Notes under the pieces: generated by a model
The model's database searches: none
Told to the model about the DNA's origin: nothing
Seen by the model: only the letters and a program-made list of their open reading frames with translations
In this document: positions 37,227-46,613 of the stretch, one piece after another
Position numbering within the stretch: position 1 is the first letter of the stretch
How the letters are laid out: every line of letters begins with the position of its first letter
Assembly: GCA_965277345.1 (NCBI GenBank)
Contig: CBDICI010000002.1
Location: 208,055 to 272,054 of the forward strand
Direction: 5' to 3'
Length of the DNA stretch: 64,000 nucleotides
DNA from: Caulobacteraceae bacterium
GTDB lineage: Bacteria > Pseudomonadota > Alphaproteobacteria > Caulobacterales > Caulobacteraceae
Made by a program: the position numbers and the translations under genes

Positions 37227-38297
37227 TCAGGCCGCCCGCCACCACCGCACGCCGCTTTCGTCCAGCGTAGCCTCCGCATGGCCGCGCTTCCACAGGCAAT
37301 TCAGGTGCGCCTGCGCCTCGCCCGTGGCCATACCGAGCAAATCGGGGCCGATCTGGCGGGCGAACAGGGCGCCGAACACGTCCACCGTGCGCCGGGGCTC
37401 GGCCAGCCGCTGGGCCAGCCGCGTCAGCCCGCGCTCGTGCCCCCGGATCAGGTGGTCGATGCGCAGGTGCAGGCCGTGGAAGGGCTCGTTATGCGCCGGC
37501 AACACCAGCACGTCGTCGGGCACGGCGCCCTTCACCTTGGCCAGGGAGGTCAGCCAGTCGGTGAGCGGATCGGCCTCCGGCTCGGTGGGATGCACCGAGA
37601 CGTTGGAGGAGATGCGCGGCAGCACCTGATCGCCCGAGATCAGCAGCTTCAGCCCCGGACAATAGAGGCAGGCGTGTTCGGGCGAGTGGCCGCAGCCCAC
37701 CACCACCCGCCAGTCGTGGCTCCCGATCCGCACCTCGTCGCCGTCGCCGAGCCGGCGATAGCTGTCCGGCAGGGGATAGAGCCCGCGCCCGAAGCCGCCG
37801 AAGCGCTGGCGGTAGGTCTCGATAGGCCCCTCCTCCCATCCGGCGGCCTTGTAGAAGCGCACGCCGTCCTCCGGCGCCTCGCGCCCCGTATCGGCCGACA
37901 GCATCCGGCAGGTGATGTATTCCAGCCGCGTCATCCACAGCCGCGCGCCGGGGAACTTGCGCAGGATCCAGCCGGCCATGCCCACATGGTCCGGATGCAT
38001 GTGGGTGCAGATCACCCGCGTTACCGGCTTGCCGGCCAGGACGCCGCCGAACGCGGCGCGCCAGCCGTCGGCGGTCTCCTTCGTGCGCAGGCCGGTATCG
38101 ACGAGGGTCCAGCCCGCGCCGTCGTCCAGCGCCCAGACATTGATGGCCTTCAGCGAACCGCCGAGCGGCATCCGCAGCCACAGCACCCCCGGCGCGATCT
38201 CCACCGCCTGGCCCGAACCCGCCTCCGGCACGGTCTCGAACGGATAGACCAGGACCGGACGCGCCTCCTCCGGCGGTTCGTCGAACCCATCGCTCAT
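37227..38297 (-). CDS. MBL-fold metallo-hydrolase
   Basis: The THMHPDH motif is present. Length is 356 aa. Confidence 0.8.
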   Translation of the reverse strand: MSDGFDEPPEEARPVLVYPFETVPEAGSGQAVEIAPGVLWLRMPLGGSLKAINVWALDDGAGWTLVDTGLRTKETADGWRAAFGGVLAGKPVTRVICTHMHPDHVGMAGWILRKFPGARLWMTRLEYITCRMLSADTGREAPEDGVRFYKAAGWEEGPIETYRQRFGGFGRGLYPLPDSYRRLGDGDEVRIGSHDWRVVVGCGHSPEHACLYCPGLKLLISGDQVLPRISSNVSVHPTEPEADPLTDWLTSLAKVKGAVPDDVLVLPAHNEPFHGLHLRIDHLIRGHERGLTRLAQRLAEPRRTVDVFGALFARQIGPDLLGMATGEAQAHLNCLWKRGHAEATLDESGVRWWRAA

Positions 38298-38476
38298 GCT
38301 TGAACTCCAACCTCGCGCCGTTGTGCGCGCAAAGTCGGGCGGCCGTCAAAGCGTCCCGCCTACATTCAGGGCCGATGGCCGCAGCGCTTGACCCTCGTGG
38401 CCCGGGTGCGCTTAAGCTCCACCTCAAGCGCCGGGCGCCGCGCCGGGCGAACCAGAAACGTACCAGGAGACCTCCC

Positions 38477-39817
38477 GTGATCAAATCCCTTGGCCTGGCG
38501 CTGGCGACGCTCATCGCGTTCGCGGCCGCGCCCATGGCGGCGCACGCCGCCGATCCTGCGCCGAAGATCGATGTCGCCATCGACGCCGATCACCACAAGC
38601 AGGGTCAGAAGGAAGCGCCCGCCGTGGTGGCGCGCTCCAACCTCACCTGCCCGATCAGCGACGCCTATTTCATCGGCGTCTCCAACCCCAAGGGCGACGA
38701 CGGCAAGCCGGTGGAGACCAAGCTGTACGAAGTGGCCTGCACCGGCGGCCTCGGCTACATCCTGTTGGCCCCCGCCGCCGGCCCGGCCAAGCACTATGAC
38801 TGCATCACCATCACCTCCAGTCCGACCCTGCGCTGCCGCCTGCCGGCCAATGCCGACGCCAAGGCGGCGATCTCGCCCTGGGTGCAGGCCTCGGGCCAGA
38901 CCTGCGCGGTCAGCGACGTGCACGGCATCGGCTCCACCCCGGCCGGCGACACCTTCTTCGAGGTGGCGTGCAGGGATCGGCTGGGCTTCATCCTGAAGCA
39001 CGACGCGGCCGGCGCCTCCACGGCGACCGATTGCGCGCTGGCGGTGGGCACCAATGTGGAATGCAAGATGACCACGGTGGAGCAGATCAAGGCCGCCGAC
39101 CGCAAGACCATCGAGACCCTGACCGCCGCCTCCGGCAAGACCTGTCAGATCAAGGACACCCGCACCATCGGCAAGCTGACCTCGGGCGGCTCGGCCTATG
39201 AGGTCGCCTGCACGGCCGGCGACGGCTATGTGCTGATGACCAAGCCGGACGGGGCGTTCCAGACGGCGGTGGCCTGCGGCAACGCCGACGCCATCGCCGG
39301 CGGTTGCAAGCTGACCGACGCGGTCGCGGCCCAGACCTCGGAAGCCGGCACCTATTCCCGCCTGGCCAAGGCCTCCAGCTTCCCCTGCGAGGTGTCGAAG
39401 TATCACTTCATCGGCATGGACAAGAACAACAACGAGGTGGTGGAGCTGGCCTGCTCCAACCGTCCCGACGGCGGCATCGCGGTGTTCCCGGCCAACAACA
39501 GCCCGGGCCACGTGTTCGACTGCGTGCAGGCCGGTTCGCTCGGCCAGCAGTGCCACCTGTCCGACCCGGCGCTGGTCTACAACCGCTATACCGCGGCCCT
39601 CGCCGCCAAGGGGCGTAACAGCTGCAAGGTATCGGGCGCGCACTGGGTCGGTCACTCGGCCGAGCACAACTCCGACCTGATCGAGACCGCCTGCGCCGAC
39701 GGCCTGCCGGGCTATGTGGTGGAGGTCAGCACCGCCGGCCAGGCGATGGACGTGCTGAGCTGCGGCCAGGCCAAGGCCTCCGGCATCCAGTGCACCCTGC
39801 CGACCAACCGGAAGTAG
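38477..39817 (+). CDS. Secreted protein composed of five ~80-90-aa four-cysteine repeats, unknown function
   Basis: GTG 38477 lies 6 nt after AGGAGA. The signal peptide is AAPMAAHA-A. The pattern C-x(20-25)-[YFVI]E[VLT]AC-x(25-30)-C-x(7-10)-C recurs five times. Confidence 0.8.
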   Translation: MIKSLGLALATLIAFAAAPMAAHAADPAPKIDVAIDADHHKQGQKEAPAVVARSNLTCPISDAYFIGVSNPKGDDGKPVETKLYEVACTGGLGYILLAPAAGPAKHYDCITITSSPTLRCRLPANADAKAAISPWVQASGQTCAVSDVHGIGSTPAGDTFFEVACRDRLGFILKHDAAGASTATDCALAVGTNVECKMTTVEQIKAADRKTIETLTAASGKTCQIKDTRTIGKLTSGGSAYEVACTAGDGYVLMTKPDGAFQTAVACGNADAIAGGCKLTDAVAAQTSEAGTYSRLAKASSFPCEVSKYHFIGMDKNNNEVVELACSNRPDGGIAVFPANNSPGHVFDCVQAGSLGQQCHLSDPALVYNRYTAALAAKGRNSCKVSGAHWVGHSAEHNSDLIETACADGLPGYVVEVSTAGQAMDVLSCGQAKASGIQCTLPTNRK

Positions 39818-39931
39818 GCCGAACGCGCGAGCCGAGCTCCGCCCGCCTGCGCTGCGCCATGGATGCCCGGAACGAGTCAGGGCAGGACGGAGAAAGGAGT
39901 GCGAGCGGCAGGTCTTCAATCGTCGCCGCGC

Positions 39932-40035
39932 CTAGAGCATGATCGTTTCGGATGGAATCATCCGAACGTGAATCATGCTTTAAACTCAAAGTGTAGACCC
40001 TGATTCACGGTTCAAGATGAACCGATCAGGGTCTA
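39932..40035 (+). repeat. ~105-bp double-hairpin repeat element, copy 1
   Basis: Near-identical to 45750-45854 in the same orientation. It contains the nested hairpins AGAGCATGAT...ATCATGCT and TAGACCCTGAT...ATCAGGGTCTA. Confidence 0.8.
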
Positions 40036-41580
40036 ACCCAGCACGGCCTCGATCAGCACGGGGCCGTCCGCGGCGATGGCTCTGGCCAGGGCGGCATCGA
40101 AGCTCTCCGCCTCGGCGCAGCGCACGGCGGGCACGCCGAAGCCCTGGGCCATGGCCACCCAGTCCATCCGCGGGTCGCCGAGATCGAGCATCCGGCGGGC
40201 GTTCGGCCCGGCATTGCCGGCGCGCGTCCGCTGCAGTTCGATGTTCAGGATGCGATAGGCGTGGTTGGCGAAGATCACCGTCACCACGTCCAGTCCCTCG
40301 CGCGCCATGGTCCACAGCCCCTGCGCCGTATAGGCGCCCGCGCCGTCGCCGCTGAGCGCCAGCACCGTGCGCCCCGGCGCGGCGACCGCGGCGCCGACGG
40401 CCATGGGTAGGGCCGCGCCGATGGCGCCGCCGGTGAGCGAGAGCCAGTCGTGCGGGCGGGCGCCGCGGGTCTGCATGTAGATCGGCAGGCCGGCGGTCAC
40501 CGCGTCGTCGCACACCACCGCCTGTTCGGGCATCCAGCGGGCGATGGAATCGCCGATGGCGTAGGGATTGAGATCGCCCTTCGGCGCGGCGGGCAGGTGC
40601 AGCGCCTGCGCGGCCACGGCCTCCGGCGCGCCCAGCGCATCGGCCAGCGCCTCCAGCGCGGCGGCCGAATCCTCGTGCAGGGCCGACAGCGTCTCCACCC
40701 CGCACCCCTCGGGCACGAGCACGCTCGGCATGGCCGGATAGGCGAAGAAGGCCACCGGCGTCTTGGTCCCCACCAGCAGCATCAGATCGACGCCCGCGAG
40801 ATCGCCGAGCGCCATCTCGCCGAAATAGAGCATCTTGTCCGGCGCGAACCGTCCGGCGCCCCGGGGCTGGCGGGTCAGAAAGGTATCCACCAGCACGCGC
40901 ACGCCCTTGGCGGCCAGCCGTCCGGCCGCGGCCAGCCCCGCCTCGCTGCAGGCGCAGGAGCCGAGCAGCAGCACCGGCTTTGACGCCGCCCTAACCGCCC
41001 GCGCCGCCGCCTCGATGGCGTGGGGGTTCACCGGCAATGGGCCGCGGCGCAGCGCCGGCGAAGGCGGCCTGCCCGGTTTCACTTCGGTCCAGGCGCTGTC
41101 GGCGGGCAGGATCAGGGTGGCGACGCCGCCGGGGGGGCCGAAGCTGGCGGCCACCGCCTCCGCGGTCAGGGCGGCGGCCTGGTCGGCGCTTTCCACCGAC
41201 TTCACCCAAACCGAGTGCGGTTTGGCCAGCGCCTCGATATCGGAGTTCAGCGGGGCGTCGTACTGGCGGTGATAGGTGGCGTGGTCGCCGACGATGTTGA
41301 CCATGGGCACGTGCGCACGGCGGGCATTGTGCAGGTTGGCCCCGCCGTTCGACAGGCCGGGGCCGAGGTGCAGCAGGGTGGAGGCGGGCTTGCCGGCCAT
41401 GCGCGCATAGCCGTCGGCCGCACCGGTGGCCACCCCCTCGAACAGGGCCAGCACCGGGCGCACCCGCGGTTCGCGGTCGAAGGCGGCCACCATCTGCATC
41501 TCGCTGGTGCCGGGATTGGAGAAGCAGATATCGACCCCCGCATCCGCCAGGGTCTTCAACACCGCTTCGGCGCCGTTCAT
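40033..41580 (-). CDS. Thiamine pyrophosphate-dependent enzyme (acetolactate synthase large-subunit-like)
   Basis: The N-terminal TPP-PYR domain (FSNPGTSEM, GYARMAGKP) and the C-terminal TPP-binding motif (GDGAGAYT...N) are present. Confidence 0.88.
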   Translation of the reverse strand: MNGAEAVLKTLADAGVDICFSNPGTSEMQMVAAFDREPRVRPVLALFEGVATGAADGYARMAGKPASTLLHLGPGLSNGGANLHNARRAHVPMVNIVGDHATYHRQYDAPLNSDIEALAKPHSVWVKSVESADQAAALTAEAVAASFGPPGGVATLILPADSAWTEVKPGRPPSPALRRGPLPVNPHAIEAAARAVRAASKPVLLLGSCACSEAGLAAAGRLAAKGVRVLVDTFLTRQPRGAGRFAPDKMLYFGEMALGDLAGVDLMLLVGTKTPVAFFAYPAMPSVLVPEGCGVETLSALHEDSAAALEALADALGAPEAVAAQALHLPAAPKGDLNPYAIGDSIARWMPEQAVVCDDAVTAGLPIYMQTRGARPHDWLSLTGGAIGAALPMAVGAAVAAPGRTVLALSGDGAGAYTAQGLWTMAREGLDVVTVIFANHAYRILNIELQRTRAGNAGPNARRMLDLGDPRMDWVAMAQGFGVPAVRCAEAESFDAALARAIAADGPVLIEAVLG

Positions 41581-41836
41581 GCGGCTGCTCCATTGGTTCA
41601 GGGTTTCGCGACCCTAGGGCGCGCTGGGTGAAACGGTGTGCGTTTCGCCGCTCGAACGCACTCTAGGCCTGTAGGTATAGACCCTTTTTGTCGGTTCGGA
41701 TCACTCCGTCTCAGCCGGAGCGGGTCTGGGCCGGTTCGACGGTCATGGGGAAACCGCAAAGCCCCTCCCCCTTGCGGGGGTTCTTGATAAGCCGCCGGGG
41801 CGGGTGGGCGGGACCACTTCCCGGCAGGCCTGCAGG

Positions 41837-43171
41837 TTAGGCCCCCAGCGTCTCCATGAACCGCACGGGTTCGCCGGCGGCGGGGCCGAGGATCTGGTCG
41901 TCGCGCATCACCACCCGGCCACGGATGATCGTCGCCATGGGCCAGCCGGTGACCGCCATGCCGTCGAAGGGCGTCCAGGCGGAACGGGTCTTCATGTCGG
42001 CGTGGCGCAGGGTGCGGCGCGCCTTCAGATCCACGAGGGTCAGGTCGGCGTCCCAGCCCTCCATCATCCGGCCCTTGTGGGCGATGCCGAACACGCGCTG
42101 GGGGCCGTGGCTGGTGAGGTCCACCAGCCGCTCCAGCGTCAGCCGCCCCGCCGCCACATGGGTCAGCATCACCGGCAGCAGGGTCTGCACCCCCGGCATT
42201 CCCGAGGGCGAGGCGGGATAGGGTCGCGCCTTCTCCTCCAGCGTATGGGGCGCGTGGTCGGAGCCGAGCACGTCCACCACCCCGTCGGCGATCCCCCGCC
42301 ACAGGCCGGCCCGGTGGCGCGCTTCGCGGATCGGCGGGTTCATCTGGGCCAGCCCCTTCATCCGCTCATAGGCCTCCGGCCCTTCCAGCGTCAGGTGCTG
42401 GGGCGTCGCCTCCACACTGGCCACGTCGCGGTGATGGGAGAGGAACGCGATCTCCTCCGCCGTGGTCACGTGCAGCACGTGGATGCGCTTGCCGGCGGCT
42501 CTCGCCAGGCGCACCAGCCGCTGGGTGGACTGGATGGCGGACTGGGCGTCGCGCACCTCCGGATGGCTGGTCCAGTCGCCGGTGCGGGCCAGCGGGCGGC
42601 GCTCGGCCAGGCGGTACTCGTCCTCGGAGTGGAAGGCGGCCCGGCGGCGGATGCTGGCCAGCACCGCCGCCACCCCCGCATCGTCGGCCACCAGCAGGGT
42701 GCCGGTGGAGGCGCCCATGAACACCTTGATCCCGCAACAGCCGGGCAGGCGCTCCATCTCGCCGAGATAGGCGGCGTTGGCGTGGGTGCCGCCCACATAG
42801 AAGGCGTGGTCGCAGTGCATCCGGCCGGCGGCGCGGTTCAGCTTGTCGGCCAAAGCGTTCGGGTCCGTGGTGGTGGGCTCGGTGTTCGGCATCTCGAACA
42901 CAGCGGTGACCCCGCCCATGACCGCGCATTCCGAGCCGGTGGCCAAATCCTCCTTCCACTCCAGTCCCGGTTCGCGGAAGTGGACCTGGCTGTCGATCAC
43001 GCCCGGCATCACGGTCAGCCCGCGCGCATCGAACACCTCGCCCGCCTCCGCCTGGCCGAGGTCGCCGACGGTGACGATCCGGCCGGCGCGCACCCCCACG
43101 TCGGCCATCCCGCGTCCGGAATGATTCACCACCTCGCCGCCGCGGACGATCAGGTCATAGGTTTCAGGCAT
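41837..43171 (-). CDS. pyrC: Dihydroorotase (amidohydrolase, allantoinase-like class)
   Basis: The DSQVHFREPG metal motif is present. Length is 444 aa, with a typical multifunctional-type dihydroorotase pattern. Confidence 0.85.
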   Translation of the reverse strand: MPETYDLIVRGGEVVNHSGRGMADVGVRAGRIVTVGDLGQAEAGEVFDARGLTVMPGVIDSQVHFREPGLEWKEDLATGSECAVMGGVTAVFEMPNTEPTTTDPNALADKLNRAAGRMHCDHAFYVGGTHANAAYLGEMERLPGCCGIKVFMGASTGTLLVADDAGVAAVLASIRRRAAFHSEDEYRLAERRPLARTGDWTSHPEVRDAQSAIQSTQRLVRLARAAGKRIHVLHVTTAEEIAFLSHHRDVASVEATPQHLTLEGPEAYERMKGLAQMNPPIREARHRAGLWRGIADGVVDVLGSDHAPHTLEEKARPYPASPSGMPGVQTLLPVMLTHVAAGRLTLERLVDLTSHGPQRVFGIAHKGRMMEGWDADLTLVDLKARRTLRHADMKTRSAWTPFDGMAVTGWPMATIIRGRVVMRDDQILGPAAGEPVRFMETLGA

Positions 43172-43183
43172 CGGGGGTCTCGG

Positions 43184-44200
43184 TCATTCGCTTCGCTCGC
43201 TGGAGCCCACCACCGACAGCCCCGGCGTGAGGGTCTCGCGATAGAGGGCCCCGGCCGCGCGGGCCACCCATTCCACCGGCAGGTCGAGCATGTGGCAGAT
43301 CTCCAGATCCAGGCCGGGGTCGATCTTCTGCAGCGTCTCGAACTCGCGCGGGGTGCGCAGCACCCGGGCCTTGGGACCCCAGGGCGCGTAGAGCCGATCG
43401 TCGGAGGGGCCGAACAGGCCGAGCGTCGGCGCCCCGGCCGCCGCCGCCAGGTGCATCAGGCCACTGTCGTTGCCGACGAACAGCCGGGCGCGCTTCAGGC
43501 AGGCATAGGTGGTGAGCAGGTCGACCCGGCCGACCAGATCGATCAGGCGGGCGCTGGCCATCGAGCGGCGCACCACCTCGCCCGCCATCCGGTCCCCGGG
43601 CCCGCCGACGATCATCAGCCGGCCGCCGGCCAGGAGACCGCCCGGACCCAGCAGCTCCGCCGCCAGCACGGCGAACCGCTCCGCCGGCCAGGTCTTGCCG
43701 ACCCAGTTGGCGGCGGGGGCCAGGGCCAGGATCGGGCCGCCGCCCCGGGTCAGCGCCTCGGCCTTGGCCTCGGTCTCCGCCGAGGTGAACAGATAGGGCG
43801 CGGGCGGATCGTCCTCCACGCGCAGCACGTGCGCCGCCTCCACCACCTTGTGCAGGGGGCCGAGCGCGGGCGGCAGGGCCCTGCGCACCGCCCGCCGGCG
43901 CGCCCGCAGGAAGCGGGCGAGGCCCGAGCCGCGCATGTCCAGCACCAGGCCCCAGCGGCGCTTGCGCGCCATGCCCCACAGCTCGAACCAATGGCCGGCC
44001 ATGGGCTTCTTCTCGAACGGGATCAGCCTGTCCAGCCCCGGCGTATCGCGGAACAGGGGCAGCACCAGCGGCCCCCCGGCGATGGTGAAGCTGGCGTGCG
44101 GCGCCTCGTCGATCAGGCGGCGGATCAGGCCCGAACTCAGCACCGCGTCGCCGATGCGGCTGGAGGTAATGAACAGAATCGGGAAGCGCGGCGCGACCAT
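43184..44200 (-). CDS. Glycosyltransferase family 9 (heptosyltransferase-like)
   Basis: ATG 44200 gives MVAPRFPILFITSSRIGDAVL. A C-terminal GNDSGLMHLAAA motif is present. Confidence 0.85.
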   Translation of the reverse strand: MVAPRFPILFITSSRIGDAVLSSGLIRRLIDEAPHASFTIAGGPLVLPLFRDTPGLDRLIPFEKKPMAGHWFELWGMARKRRWGLVLDMRGSGLARFLRARRRAVRRALPPALGPLHKVVEAAHVLRVEDDPPAPYLFTSAETEAKAEALTRGGGPILALAPAANWVGKTWPAERFAVLAAELLGPGGLLAGGRLMIVGGPGDRMAGEVVRRSMASARLIDLVGRVDLLTTYACLKRARLFVGNDSGLMHLAAAAGAPTLGLFGPSDDRLYAPWGPKARVLRTPREFETLQKIDPGLDLEICHMLDLPVEWVARAAGALYRETLTPGLSVVGSSERSE

Positions 44201-44297
44201 GGCCGCCTTATAGACCCAGATCGGGTAAGCGCGCACGGCCGGCGGTGGGATCGGCACGGGTCTTTCCGCCGGGCCGAAGCCGCCCCACATTCCAGGC

Positions 44298-45131
44298 ATG
44301 ACCGAACCCCAGCTCGCCGCCCTGCCCGACCGCGCCCTGATCGAGGTCGGCGGCCCCGATGCGCGGAGCTTCCTGCAGGGGCTGGTGACCCAGGATGTGG
44401 AGACGCTGGCGCCGGGCGCGCTGCGCTATGGTGCGCTGCTCACGCCGCAGGGCCGTTTGCGCTGGGACGCCTTCCTGTTCGGGCAGGCGGACGGCGTGAC
44501 CCTGGACGTGGCCGCCGCGGCGCGCGATGAGGTCGTGCAGGCGCTGAGCCTTTATCGCCTGCGGGCCAGGGTGGAGATCGCGCCGCGGACCGGGGTCGTC
44601 CTCGCCGCCTGGGGCGAGGCTCCGGCCGGGGCGCACTGGCGCCCCGATCCGCGCCTTGCCGCGCTGGGCTGGCGGGCTATCGCAGACGGTGCGCAGGGCC
44701 GCGCCGACTACGCTTCCCATCGCCTCGCCCACGGCGTCGCCGATCCGGCGCTGGACGGGATCGAGCCGCTCTATCCCATCGACGCCAATCTCGACCTGCT
44801 GAACGGCATCGACTTCCGCAAGGGCTGCTTCGTCGGCCAGGAGACCACCTCGCGCATGAAGCGGCGCGGGCCGGTGAAGACCCGCATCGCCCCCATCGCC
44901 TATGACGGCCCGCAGATCGAGTCCGGCGCGGAGGTGATGGCGGGCGAGCTTCGCGCCGGAAAGGTGTTGTCCGGCCTGGCCGGGCGCAGCCTCGCCCTCG
45001 TTCGCATCGACCGGGCGCTGGACGCTGGGTTGATTGCGGCGGATCGACCCGTGCGGCTCGACGTTCCACCCTGGCTGGCAGGCGATTTCGCCGAGGAGAA
45101 AGTGCTCCGTTCAGGCGCGGTTCAGGTGTAA
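44298..45131 (+). CDS. ygfZ: YgfZ/CAF17-type folate-binding Fe-S cluster repair protein
   Basis: The KGCFVGQE signature and a GcvT-like N-domain are present. Confidence 0.85.
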   Translation: MTEPQLAALPDRALIEVGGPDARSFLQGLVTQDVETLAPGALRYGALLTPQGRLRWDAFLFGQADGVTLDVAAAARDEVVQALSLYRLRARVEIAPRTGVVLAAWGEAPAGAHWRPDPRLAALGWRAIADGAQGRADYASHRLAHGVADPALDGIEPLYPIDANLDLLNGIDFRKGCFVGQETTSRMKRRGPVKTRIAPIAYDGPQIESGAEVMAGELRAGKVLSGLAGRSLALVRIDRALDAGLIAADRPVRLDVPPWLAGDFAEEKVLRSGAVQV

Positions 45132-45162
45132 TATGCCACGCGAAGCGATCAAGGAGATCGAC

Positions 45163-45720
45163 ATGCGCAAGTTCGTTTTGATGACGACCCTGTCCTTCAC
45201 CGCCCTGACCTGCGGCGTCATGGCCGGCGCCGTCCAGGCCCAGCCCGCGCCCGCGGTCACCGTCGGCGTCGGCGCGGAGTTGCAGCACAAGGCCGAGAAC
45301 CTCGGCAGCCGGGACGTGGACGACATCCGCAGGGACCTCGGCGATTCGGTGAGCCGCGCCCTGGTCAGAAACCCCGGCATCGCCCGCGCCGACCTGGTGA
45401 TCGAGGACGCCCAGCCCAACCGCCCCACCTTCGAGCAGCTGAGCCGCACCGTCGGCCTGTCGTTCCGGAGCATCGGCATCGGCGGGGCGCGCATTTCCGG
45501 CACGGTGACCCTGGCCGACGGCTCGGTACGTCCGCTGCGCTACCAGTGGTACGAGACCGACCTGCGTGACGAGCGCGCGGCCGGCACCTGGAGCGACGCG
45601 GACCGCAGCTTCGACTACCTGGCCGACGCCCTGCGGAGCGGCAAGGTCCCGGACCGCTATACCGGCCCCGGCCCCTCCTCGCCCAACAGCCACTTCGGCT
45701 ATCCCTACACCGGGGAATAG
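45163..45720 (+). CDS. Secreted hypothetical protein
   Basis: An AAGGAG RBS lies 6 nt upstream of ATG 45163. The signal peptide is GAVQA-Q. I recognise no family. Confidence 0.65.
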   Translation: MRKFVLMTTLSFTALTCGVMAGAVQAQPAPAVTVGVGAELQHKAENLGSRDVDDIRRDLGDSVSRALVRNPGIARADLVIEDAQPNRPTFEQLSRTVGLSFRSIGIGGARISGTVTLADGSVRPLRYQWYETDLRDERAAGTWSDADRSFDYLADALRSGKVPDRYTGPGPSSPNSHFGYPYTGE

Positions 45721-45749
45721 ACGCGGTTGCGCCCCCGGCCGGGCGACCG

Positions 45750-45854
45750 CTAGAGCATGATCGTTTCGGATGGAATCATCCGAAGCGTGAATCATGCTCT
45801 AAACTCAAAGTGTAGACCCTGATTCACGGCTCGATATGAACCGATCAGGGTCTA
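45750..45854 (+). repeat. ~105-bp double-hairpin repeat element, copy 2
   Basis: Same orientation as 39932-40035 and differs at only a few positions. Stems AGAGCATGAT/ATCATGCTCT and TAGACCCTGAT/ATCAGGGTCTA are perfect. Confidence 0.8.
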
Positions 45855-45864
45855 GGCTCGGGGC

Positions 45865-46455
45865 ATGATCGAAGGATGCGACGACCGTCCCCGCTGTCCC
45901 TGGCCGGGGACCGACCCGCTCTATTGCGCTTACCACGACGAGGAATGGGGCGTGCCCGAGTACGACTCCCGCGCCCTGTGGGAAAAGCTGATGCTGGACG
46001 GGTTCCAGGCCGGGCTGGCCTGGATCACCATCCTGCGCAAGCGCGAGGCGTTCCGCGCCGCTTTCCATGACTTCGATCCCGAGATCATCGCCCGCTATGG
46101 CGATGAGGACATGGAGCGGCTGATGGGCGATTCCGGCATCGTCCGCTCCGGCGCCAAGATCCGCGCCGCCATCGGCAACGCCCAGGCCTATCTGGCCATG
46201 CGCGACCGAGGGGAGGCCTTCTCCCCCTTCCTGTGGGGCTTCGTCGACGGGAAGCCCATCCAGAACGCCTGGAGCGATCGCGGCCAGGTTCCGGTCACGA
46301 CGCCCGAGGCCGAGGCGATGTCCAGGGCGCTGAAGCAGCGCGGCTTCAAGTTCGTCGGCCCGGTGATCGTCTACGCCTTCATGCAGGCGGTGGGCATAGT
46401 GAACGACCACACCAGCGAATGCTTCCGCCACGAGGCGTGCCGGCGGCTGGGGTGA
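45865..46455 (+). CDS. tag: DNA-3-methyladenine glycosylase I
   Basis: Tag signatures are present ([21 protein letters not shown] and a C-terminal zinc-site Cys/His). Confidence 0.93.
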   Translation: MIEGCDDRPRCPWPGTDPLYCAYHDEEWGVPEYDSRALWEKLMLDGFQAGLAWITILRKREAFRAAFHDFDPEIIARYGDEDMERLMGDSGIVRSGAKIRAAIGNAQAYLAMRDRGEAFSPFLWGFVDGKPIQNAWSDRGQVPVTTPEAEAMSRALKQRGFKFVGPVIVYAFMQAVGIVNDHTSECFRHEACRRLG

Positions 46456-46477
46456 CGGTGCGCCGGGCGCAGCCCCG

Positions 46478-46560
46478 TCTCCTCCCCCCGCGCAGCGGGG
46501 GAGGTGGAGCGGCGCAGCCATGCGCCGTGACGGAGGGGGCTGCGCGGGGACGGAGAACAG
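46478..46560. repeat. GC-rich REP-like hairpin region
   Basis: CCTCCCCCCGCGCAGCGGGGGAGG forms an imperfect hairpin and is followed by GACGGAGGGGGCTGCGCGGGG. It lies between tag and rnhB. Confidence 0.3.
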
Positions 46561-46613
46561 GCCGCCTTTCGTTCGGGCGCGAGCGGGGGTATCACCGGGG
46601 CGTGACCGTCCGG

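Noticed and set aside
41671-41730. Third, degenerate copy of the second hairpin of the 105-bp repeat (TAGACCC...GGGTCT)
   Set aside because: It shares only TAGACCCT, CGGTTC and GGGTCT with the two good copies. That is too diverged to call without an alignment statistic.
41804-44530. 908-aa plus-strand ORF spanning the pyrC and GT9 region
   Set aside because: It is antisense to two genes with clear family signatures. Its translation is an Arg/Gly/Ala/Pro/His-rich low-complexity string typical of out-of-frame ORFs in high-GC DNA.
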